From: Rebecca billardiae RCC1528
Lineage: Eukaryota; Protista; Haptophyta
Assembly: GCA_965240325.2 (NCBI GenBank)
Contig: OZ251249.1
Span: 1,025,460 to 1,089,459, forward strand
Direction of reading: 5' to 3'
DNA: 64,000 bases
Below are positions 54,390-64,000 of the stretch, piece after piece; position 1 is the stretch's first letter; each line of letters opens with the position of its first letter. Both the position numbers and the translations under genes were made by a program. The notes beneath the pieces are model-generated. The model was given only the letters and a program-made list of their open reading frames with translations. It had not been told where the DNA came from and ran no database searches.

Positions 54390-57300
54390 ACATTGTGCTG
54401 CTGACGATGATGATGGCGGCGCGCGCTGGGTATGCCGCCTACCCAGCGCCCCGCACCGGTCGAAGCTGCCTTCGCCCCGCCCCCCATCGTCCAACCCGTC
54501 ATATCTGGCTCCGGTGAGCAGCAGCTGCGGAATGCCCAGCATGCGCCCTCGCTGCCCCGGGCCCGGTGCACGGGAGGCTGAGCCGCGCGGTGCGTGATTG
54601 ATGATCCGAGGCTGGCGGTCTGACTGGGCGGCGACCACGCTTGGCGCATGTCGGAAGCGAGTCGGCGAGCAGCCCTGGCTCCACTGGCTGGCGCGGGGCG
54701 CTGGCGTGCTACACCGAGATGAGCCGACACATGCGCGCCCACGCCCGCGCTGCACCGCTCGTGCGCTGCCATCCACCCTCGGTGGCCGCACAGCGACGGC
54801 TGACAGATGCTGGCCGTGACGCGCGCGCGCGCGCTCGGCGGGGCGCGCTCGGCGGGCGTGCCGCGGGCGCATGTGCGCGCGATGGATCGACGGCGCTGCG
54901 CCCGGGCCACTGCGCGGGGCTGCGCGCGCGTACCTGCGCACGGCTTGCTCCCTTGTGGTCAGCGTGTGCGCATGGCCTGGCATACGGCAGCGCCCGCAGC
55001 GGCGCAGCGCTCGCTGCTCGGGGAGCAGGCGCGCGGGCGGGTGCGCGCCGGGCGCCGGGCGACGCGTCTTCGCTGCCGCGCATGCCTCTGCGGCCCGTGC
55101 GCGACCGCGCGCGCCTGCCGTCGCGCGAGCGGGCGCGGGCGGAGCGGCGAAGGCGCCGCTCGCGCCCGGAGGCGATGCCGCCATCGCTCTTCTACCGGGC
55201 TGGCGGCCGCTACAGTACTGTACCGGCTGACGAAACGAATCCGTGTGGTGACTGTGGTCGTTGGGGCTTTCGTCTTTCCGCGCCGCGGAGCAGCTCTCCA
55301 GCATGGCTGCCGAGGCGGCGGTTGGCACGTGCTTTGCGTCGTTGGCGCTCACGGCACGCTCGCGGCGCGGCGGCGTGCGGCGCGAGCGCGTGCTCGCACA
55401 GCAGGCACGTCGCGCGCTGCACCGCCGTGCGAGACCGCCAGTGCCACCGCGCGCAAAGAGTGCCGCCGCTGAGCGCGCGGCCCGCGACGGCGCGGCTTCC
55501 TGCCCGCCGCCGGCGCGCGCCGACTGCGAGCACGCAGGGCTCGGCGCGTGCGCGCCCTCCGGTGCCAGACGCGAGTGCATGCGTCTTGGAGGCATACGTC
55601 ACACGGCCAGCCTTTTTGCCACCGCGTCAGCGTGAGACTCAGCGCCAGTGCTCGGTCCGGCCGGCAGCCCTGCCGCGCTCAGCGTGCAGTCGGACGGCCT
55701 CGGGGGATGGCGGGTTGGGCGGCGGACGAGCGACGACGGGCGCCTACTGGCGAGCCTTGGCCGCGCCATGCGCGTCGTCAAGTCAAGCAGCCATCGCCCG
55801 CGCCCGCGCCCGCCGCCGCCATTCGTAGTAGTCGCAGTTGCCGCGCGCGGCCTGCGCCGAGTGCTCCGACCGCACGGCAGCTGCAGGTCTGGCTGGCGAG
55901 GTGCGATGAACCGCGGCGCAGCACGCGGCGTTCAAGCCGAGCGCGGGGCGTGGGACCCCCCGGGCTACCCGCACGAGGGCGCACACGACGACCCCGAGCC
56001 AGCCTCGAGGGCTGCGGCTGCAGCGCCGAGGCCAGTGCGTCCGGAGCCGTGCCGGCTGCGCCGAGCGCGCGATGCCAGGCGCGCCCGCGTCCAGTGCGGC
56101 TCGGCTGGGCTCGCCTCACCTCGGCGCAGCACGCGGCGCCGCGGCCGAGGTCGAGGCGTGGCATCCCGCGAGTACGCCCGCGCGGGCCCGCACGGGCTGC
56201 CCGTGCCCCAGGCTCGGGCTGTCGCGGCCGTACCGATGCTGGGCCTGGGGCAGCGCGCGCTGCCGTCGCGGGCTTTCCATCGCGCGCCCGCGGGGGCGCG
56301 ACGGCAGCGCGTGGGGCGGTGCGAGCCAGCCGAGCGACCGCAGCGCGTGCTGCTCGGCGGCGCGTGGCGGGAGCGCGCCGCGGACGTGGCTGGCGCCGCA
56401 CACCAGCTCAGCTGCCCCCGCCCCCGCGCCCCCATCTTCCACCTCGTCCGAGCTGCCTCCAGTCCGCGCCATCACGGCCGCGAGCGGCCTACGCGCAGCT
56501 GCTGCATGCCGCTGGTTGCGAACGCGCCTCACGTCGAGGGCGCGGCCGCCCCTTGCAGGGACGCGTGCACGTGGCGATCGAGACGAGCACACCCGAGCGC
56601 GGTCAGCGCGGGTCGGCAGTGGCGAGCAGCGGGAGAACAGTCTCTATGCTGAACGGCCGCGCACGCCGCGGCCGAGCTCTGCGCGCAGACTTGGCGGCTG
56701 TTCACGCGTTGCTGACGGGCACCGCGCACTGTGCGGCGTCGTGCAAGCGACGGAAACGCGAGTGCATCCCCCCAGTACGCGCGCTCGACCGCTCGGCAGT
56801 GCACCCGCGCGGCCGCGCGCGGCCGGCTGCGTTTGCGTGGCAGCGCGGCCGAGCGAGGGGAGTGGCGGTGCGCTCGCGTCGCCGCGCACTGTCGCGATGG
56901 CAGCGCGTGGGACGTGGTCACGTGGTGAGCCGGCCGAGGGGCGCGTGCTTTGACGGCGCGTGGATTCCCTCGCGCACCACTGCGCCGGCGTGCGCGCGCA
57001 CGCGGCGCGCACGACAGCCGCCTTTGGCGGACGGCGGGGATGGAGTGCGGCCATGCTGGTCTTTGAGGCCGGATTTCTCGTCGCTTGGAATACCAGCGAT
57101 CTTTTTTTCCGACGCCACCCGACGACCGTTGGTCGCGGCGGCGCGCGAATTCAGCATGGCCTCTCCCCACTGGGACGAGTCTGCATCCCGCGGCGCCGAT
57201 GGGCGCGAGCCCGCGTCGGACGGGGCGGTCGTGCGCCTGGAGGTACGCACGTGAAGCGCCGTATCCGCCCCTGCGCCTCGCACCAGCCCAAGGCGGCCTC

Positions 57301-60300
57301 CGCCCCCGCCCCCGCCCCGTCTCACTCGTCGTCGGACCTGCGGCTCCGGCTAGCCGCGTTGTGGGCTCTCCAACAGCTGCGCCCGGCGGTTCGGGCGGCG
57401 GATCCGCGATGCTGGGCGTCCACCTCGGCTAGCCGTCGATGCATCGTGAGCGTCGTCTCGTCGGCAGCCGTCACCCGCGCCCGCGCTCGCCGCCGCCATG
57501 CGGAGTCTCAGTCGCTGCTGCCTGCAAGTAGTGTGTCCCGCTGACCAGTCGGCAGCTGCAGCTGGCTTCTGCCTTTCTGGCTGGCTCGGTGCTGTTGCGC
57601 TTCGCGTGGCGCAGCACAGCATGGCTGTGCGCGGGCAATCTGGCCCCTTGGATGGCCGAATTGGTGGGTGAACGGGCCACGCCCGCGAGGGCATCACAGC
57701 GTGCAGAAGGGCGGCCCAGTCAGGGAGGGAGTGCAGCCGCGCCGAGCGGCGCGTCACGGCTGCCGATTGCGCTGCTCTTGCGCTGTGGGACGTGTGTGAG
57801 CCCCGCCGCGTACGCTCCTGCGGCACCGAGGCTGCCGCTCCGCGCCCGAGCAGATCGCGCGGCGCGAGCGGCGGCGCCTGCCGAGTGCTGCTGCTGTGGC
57901 AGCTACCGCCGAGCGCTACCGCGCGCCCGGGCGGCAGGGTGTGGAGCGGCGCAGCCGGCCCAGAGCCTCGCACCGGTCGAGGCTGCCCCCGCCCCGGCCC
58001 CCCATCTTACCCATCGTCAAGCCTGCGCCTTGTGGGCTGCGTAGTGAGCGGCAAGCATCAGGGCGCTCCTCATCACGCGTGAGCGCCAGCTCATCTGCGC
58101 ACGGCCGTCCCACTGCGGTGCGGCTGGGCGCGCGCGCGCCTCGCGTCAATTGAACACGCGCGCCTTGCCGCGGCGGCCGAGACGAGCACTGTCGAAGCAC
58201 TGTCGAGCGCGACCGTCGCGGCGGCGAGCAGCGGTCGTGGCTGGCGCAACGCACCGGCCCAGCCCGCCCCCGCCCCCGCGCCCCCCCCATCCTCCACCTC
58301 GTCCGAGCTGCCTCTGGTGCGCGCCATCACGGCCGCGCTGCGCACGCTCGCGCACGCGCCTCGCTTCGAGGGAGCGGCCGTCCCTTGCCGTGGTGCGTGG
58401 CGGTCGAGACGAGCGCACACTCCGGCGCGCATGATCACCGCAAGTCGGCGGTGGCGAGCAGGAGTCACGCAGCCTTCATTTTCAACAGCAGCGCGCGCGC
58501 CGCGGCCGAGCTCTGCACGCAGACTTGGCAGGTGTTCACGCGTGGCTGGCGGGCACCACGCACTGCGCGGCGTCGTGCGTGCGAGTGGCGGAGACGCGAG
58601 TGCATCCCCCCAGCAAGCGCGCTCGGCCGCTCGGCCGTGCGCTCGCGCGGCCGCGCGCAGCCGGCAGCGTTTGCTTTCAGCGCGGGCCGAGCGAGCGGGC
58701 AGTGCGCTCGCGTCGGGGGCGCACGATCGCGATCGCAGCGCGTGGGACGTGGTGAAGTGGCCGAGGCGCTCCGGGCGCGCGCTTCGACGGCGCGCGGATC
58801 CTCTCGCGCATAACTGCGCCGCCGTGCGCGCGCACGCGACGCGCACGACAGCCGCCCTCCGGCGGACGGCCGGGAAGCGGCGCCGCCATGCTGGCTTCCG
58901 AGGCCGAGTTGACTTTTCCCTGAATTCCCTCGCCTGGAATATCGGCGCTGGTAATCTTTTTTTCGCGACGTCACCGACGACCGTTGGTCGCGGCTGCGCG
59001 CGAATCAGCATGGCCTCTCCCCACGAGTCTGCATCCCGCGGCGCAAGATGGGCGCGAGCCCGCGTCGCACGGGGCGGTCGTGCGCCTGGAGGTACGCACG
59101 TGGAGCGCCGTATCCGCCCCTGCGCCTCGCACCAGCCCAAGGCGGCCCCCGCCCCCGCCCCCCCCGTCACACTCGTCGATGCATCGTGAGCGCCGTCTCG
59201 TCGGCAGCCGTCACCAGAGCCCGCGCCCGCCGCCGCCATGTGGAGTCTCAGTCGCTGCTGCCTGCAGGTAGTGTGTCCCGCCGCTGGCTTCTGCCTTTCT
59301 GGCTGGCTAGGTGGCGCAGCACTGCATGTTTGTGTGCGGGCAGTCGGGCCACTCGGACGGCCGAACTGGCGGGTGAACTGGCCACGCCAGCGAGGGCATC
59401 CCCGCTGGCAGCAAGGGCGGCCCAGTCAGGGTGGCACCTTGACTGCCCCCCAGCCCCGTTTTTGGCCGCACGATTGCGAATCTCAGAGTTACTTGGCCAG
59501 TCAATGTTTAGAGTTTTGAAGAAGGCGAAAGACTATCTGGCGGCCGAAACGAGGGACGGCTGTCCCGATGGCGTTCCGGCCGCGAAGTCCGCCGGTGCCT
59601 TGCACGAGGGCTGCCGATCAGTGGCGCCTAGCCCGGTCGTCCGCGCGGTTGCGTCAGCGTACGCGCCATGTGTGTGCCCCCCGCTGTCACGGCATGTTGT
59701 GCGCCAGCACCGTGGGAGCTCCTCGCCTGTTCCTGTCACTCACGGCCAAGCGACGGTGCAGAGATCTTCAGTCCGAGCCCGCGACTGCTGAACTTCTGTG
59801 ATACGTGTGCGAATCCTTGCAGAAAAGCACGCTCTGCTCCCGCAAATCTACCTGGCGAACGTGCGCTGGTGTCAATGCTTCACGCAGTGCACAAATGCCA
59901 TGGCGAATCAGTCTTCCCTGCGTGTCACAGGCCTTGGCGTTTGCACAACGACAAGCTAACGGAGACGAGTCCCGACGAGCTGCGTATGGCTGTGGTCGCA
60001 TGTAGTGTGGGCGTCGAACGCCGGAGAAGGTGGTGGCTGAAGGCGATAGAAGTATGCTCTCCCATCGGGTACAAGCCAGGCTTGGAAGACGTCTGCTTGC
60101 ATCACACACACAGCTTACGCCGACCCGTGCGACGTGAAGCGCCTCAAGCGTGACGGAAGCAACCCAAGGTGCGCGCAAGGCGTGAGGAGCAGGGTGATCT
60201 AACCTTACGCGGGCCTGCTCATCTAGCAGCGCACTCAGTAGATCGCCCCCGTCCTCAGGCGCACGATGACCACCGAATCGTGAATGTGTAGACGCTGACG

Positions 60301-61830
60301 CGTGCCAGCTTGCGGCGAGCAGCGACCAGTGCCGCGGACTCGGGCCTCGCGCAAGAACAAGCAGGTTCCTTTGGCGCGGAGGACGCTAGCATGACCTGCA
60401 CGTACAGCGGGGAGATTGTTTGCAAGGCGTGCCCTACATACAGCTCGCGTGCCCCTCAGATATCCCGCGCGGAGAACGTCAGCAGCCCAGCATCGCAGTC
60501 CGCGCCGCAGCCCCAACCACTCAGCTCCGCCCCTCGCCCACCACGAGACGGCGAGATACCGACGTTCGCGAAGTGGAACGGAGCGAGCATCTATTTCCGA
60601 TTGGGGCTCGCGGGGGCCGATGTGATCATTTTTCATTGAGCGAAGCCCGAGCTGGCTTCCCATTGGACGGATTGGCGGCTGCGCTACTCCGCAAGGCGAA
60701 ACACTTACAGCTTCACATCCCGAAAATGCAAGTTTGGACAATAGAGTGAGGTACCCTCCTCCAATGAAATTGCTGAAAATCCCGACGAAACTTTACTCGC
60801 ACGTGCGAGTACGCCCGATCTCCGGGAGATGTGGCCATTTCCGCCCACTGGGGCCATTCAAGGTGGGAGCGCGGCCGCGCCGAGCGGCGCGTCACGTGCT
60901 GCGCGGGCGGCTTCACGGCTGCGGCGCGCACGCTCCTGCGGCGCCGAGGCTGCCGCTCCGCGCCCGAGCAGATCGCGCGGCGCGCGCGGCGGCGCCTGCC
61001 GGGTGCTGCTGCTGTGGCAGCTACCGCCGAGCGCTGCCGCGCGCCCGGGCGCTGCGGATGTGGAGCGCCGCAGCCGGCCCAGCGCCTCGCACCGGTCGAA
61101 GCTGCCCCCGCCCCGCCCCCCCATCTCACTCTTCGTCAAGCCTGCGCCTGGTGGGCCGCGTGGTGAGCGCGGCAAGCGTCAGGGCGCTCCTCATCGCGCG
61201 CGAGCGCCAGCTCATCTGCCGGCACGGCCGTCCCACTGTGGTGCGGCTGGGTGCGCGCGCCTCGCGTCGATGGAGCGGGCGCGCCTTGCCGCGGCGGCCG
61301 AGACGAGCACTGTCGAAGCACTGTCGAGCGCGACCGTCGCGGCGGCGAGCAGCGGTCGTGGCTGGCGCAACACACCGGCCCAGCCCGCCCCCGCCCCCCC
61401 TTGCGCCCCCATCCTCCACCTCGTCCGAGCTGCCTGGCCACTGCGCGCCATCACGGCCGCGCTGCGCACGCACGCGCCTCGCTTCGAGGGAGCGGCCGTC
61501 CCTTGTCGTGGTGCGTGGCGGTCGAGACGAGCGCACACTCCGGCGCCCATGATCACCGCGGGTCGGCGGTGGCGAGCAGGAGTCGCGCAGCCTTCATTTT
61601 CAACAGCCGCGCGCGCGCCGCGGCCGAGCTCTGCGCGCAGACTTGGCAGCTGTTCACGCGTGGCTGGCGGGCACCACGCACTGCGCGGCGTCGTGCGTGC
61701 GAGTGGCGGAGACGCAAGTGCATCCCCCCAGCAAGCGCGCTCGGCCGCTCGGCCGTGCGCTCGCGCGGCCGCGCGCAGCCGGCAGCGTTTGCTTTCAGCG
61801 CGGGCCGAGCGAGCGGGCAGTGCGCTCGGG
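54390..61830. repeat. Degenerate subtelomeric tandem repeat, ~1.7-1.9-kb unit, about 4 partial copies
   Basis: Blocks recur, for example GAGTGCATCCCCCCAG-like at ~56760, ~58600 and ~61720, and CGCCGCCGCCAT-ending blocks at ~55800, ~57480 and ~59220. Confidence 0.8.
59435..60865. mobile_element. 1431-bp CAC-terminated TIR element inserted in a subtelomeric repeat unit (GG duplication)
   Basis: The ends CACCTTGA...TCAAGGTG have further imperfect TIR matches. The flanks join to recreate the uninterrupted sister copy at ~57710-57760. Confidence 0.75.
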
Positions 61831-62151
61831 GGCGCAGTCGCAAGGGCCACGGGTGGGGCGGTGCGAGCCGGAGGGGGTGCACCGAGCGCATGGTGCTCGG
61901 CGGCGCGTGGCCCCTCTCGCGCACCGCTGAGTCGCGCTGAGTCGGCGTGCGTGCGCGCCGGACAGCACGACGTCCGCCTAGGTTAGAGTAAGGCATTCTC
62001 GAGATCCCACCACGCGATTGCTCTCAAAATTGGAGGGCCCCTAGCCCTTCCCATTTCCCTGGCAGAAAGCAAGTTTCATCGAAAACGCGTGGTGTGATCC
62101 TGAGTTATAACCAATTTTCTATAAGTAACCCCCACCAACCCTAAACCTAGG

Positions 62152-62295
62152 TTAGGGTTAGGGTTAGGGTTAGGGTTAGGGTTAGGGTTAGGGTTAGGGT
62201 TAGGGTTAGGGTTAGGGTTAGGGTTAGGGTTAGGGTTAGGGTTAGGGTTAGGGTTAGGGTTAGGGTTAGGGTTAGGGTTAGGGTTAGGGTTAGGG

Positions 62296-62336
<41 letters not shown>

Positions 62337-62813
62337 GGTTAGGGTTAGGGTTAGGGTTAGGGTTAGGGTTAGGGTTAGGGTTAGGGTTAGGGTTAGGGTT
62401 AGGGTTAGGGTTAGGGTTAGGGTTAGGGTTAGGGTTAGGGTTAGGGTTAGGGTTAGGGTTAGGGTTAGGGTTAGGGTTAGGGTTAGGGTTAGGGTTAGGG
62501 TTAGGGTTAGGGTTAGGGTTAGGGTTAGGGTTAGGGTTAGGGTTAGGGTTAGGGTTAGGGTTAGGGTTAGGGTTAGGGTTAGGGTTAGGGTTAGGGTTAG
62601 GGTTAGGGTTAGGGTTAGGGTTAGGGTTAGGGTTAGGGTTAGGGGTTAGGGTTAGGGTTAGGGGTTAGGGTTAGGTTTAGGGTTAGGGTTAGGGTTAGGG
62701 TTAGGGTTAGGGTTAGGGTTAGGGTTAGGGTTAGGGTTAGGGGTTAGGGTTAGGTTAGGGTTAGGGTTAGGTTAGGGTTAGGGTTAGGGTTAGGGTTAGG
62801 GTTAGGGTTAGGG

Positions 62814-62854
<41 letters not shown>

Positions 62855-63168
62855 GGTTAGGGTTAGGGTTAGGGTTAGGGTTAGGGTTAGGGTTAGGGTT
62901 AGGGTTAGGGGTTAGGGTTAGGGTTAGGGTTAGGGTTAGGGTTAGGGTTAGGGTTAGGGGTTAGGTAGGGTTAGGGTTAGGGTTAGGGTTAGGGTTAGGG
63001 GTTAGGGTTAGGTTAGGGTTAGGGTTAGGGTTAGGGTTAGGGTTAGGGTTAGGGTTAGTTAGGGTTAGGGTTAGGGTTAGGGTTAGGGTTAGGGTTAGGG
63101 TTAGGTTAGGGTTAGGTTAGGGTTAGGGTAGGGTTAGGGTAGGGTTAGGGTTAGGGTTAGGGTTAGGG

Positions 63169-63199
<31 letters not shown>

Positions 63200-63218
63200 G
63201 TTAGGGTTAGGGTTAGGG

Positions 63219-63259
<41 letters not shown>

Positions 63260-63344
63260 GGTTAGGGTTAGGGTTAGGGTTAGGGTTAGGGTTAGGGTTA
63301 GGGTTAGGGTTAGGTTAGGGGTTAGGGTTAGGGTTAGGTTAGGG

Positions 63345-63378
<34 letters not shown>

Positions 63379-64000
63379 GGTTAGGTTAGGGTTAGGGTTA
63401 GGGTTAGGGTTAGGGTTAGGGTTAGGTTAGGGTTAGGGTTAGGGGTTAGGGTTAGGGTTAGGGTTAGGGTTAGGGTTAGGGTTAGGGTTAGGGTTAGGGT
63501 TAGGGTTAGGGTGTGGGTTAGGGTTAGGGTTAGGGTTAGGGTTAGGGTTAGGGTTAGGGTTAGGGTTAGGGTTAGGGTTAGGGTTAGGGTTAGGGTTAGG
63601 GTTAGGGTTAGGGTTAGGGGTTAGGGTTAGGGTAGGGTTAGGGTTAGGGTTAGGGTTAGGGTTGTAGGGTTAGGGTTAGGGGTTAGGGTTAGGGTTAGGG
63701 TTAGGGTTAGGGTTAGGGTTAGGGTTAGGGTTAGGGTTAGGGTTAGGGTTAGGGTTAGGGTTAGGGTTAGGGTTTGGTTAGGGTTAGGGTTAGGGTTAGG
63801 GTTAGGGTTAGGGTTAGGGGTTAGGGGTTGGGTTAGGGGTTAGGGTTAGGGTTAGGGTTAGGGGTTAGGGTTAGGGTTAGGGTTAGGGTTAGGGTTAGGG
63901 TTAGGGTTAGGGTTAGGGTTAGGGTTAGGGGTAGGGTTAGGGGTTGGGTTTAGGGTTGGGTAGGGATTGGTGGATGGGAGGGGTTTGGGTTAGGGTAGGG
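62152..64000 (+). repeat. Telomere (TTAGGG)n, about 1.85 kb
   Basis: Continuous array to the end of the window, with the G-rich strand running 5'->3' toward the end. Confidence 0.99.

Noticed and set aside
1-62000. Hundreds of long overlapping Arg/Ala/Pro-rich ORFs (e.g. 4280..6685, 6690..9605, 34622..36475, 48229..50964)
   Set aside because: They are shadow frames. Stop codons are rare at this GC content, and they overlap genes that have clear motifs.
62640-64000. Variant telomere units (TTAGGGG, TTAGG, TTTAGGG) as real heterogeneity
   Set aside because: They increase toward the contig end, as expected from low-coverage long-read errors.

Overview
This window is the right-hand end of a very GC-rich eukaryotic chromosome. 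It finishes in about 1.85 kb of (TTAGGG)n telomere, preceded by about 7 kb of degenerate subtelomeric repeats. The GC content, short GC-rich GT-AG introns, a bipartite plastid-targeting peptide and TTAGGG telomeres suggest a red-lineage secondary-plastid alga such as a pavlovophyte haptophyte (inference). About 15 plausible genes are present: a GT8-like glycosyltransferase, a ~1970-aa 14-blade WD40 + TRP-like channel fusion, a 2OG-Fe(II) oxygenase, a CDP-alcohol phosphatidyltransferase, a hybrid histidine kinase, an ODF3/SHIPPO-repeat protein, a double HMG-box protein, a RING/F-box/RCC1 protein, a plastid M50 protease, a sulfotransferase and several hypotheticals. Most ORFs in the track are GC-rich shadow ORFs. 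The intergenic DNA is full of non-autonomous transposons. These include a P-superfamily-like element (CAAGG TIRs, 7-bp TSD) inserted in a tyrosine-recombinase pseudogene, and a 33-bp excision-footprint-like remnant of the same family. There are also CAC-terminated elements carrying gene fragments (one has a betaine-lipid-synthase-like exon) and a TA-flanked MITE. The most unusual structure is a 3.75-kb nested palindrome at 22.2-25.9 kb. It holds two copies of a ~1.29-kb element that are flip-flop isomers, whose internal arms and subterminal hairpin co-vary within each copy. A conserved ~45-bp motif lies upstream of three unrelated minus-strand genes.
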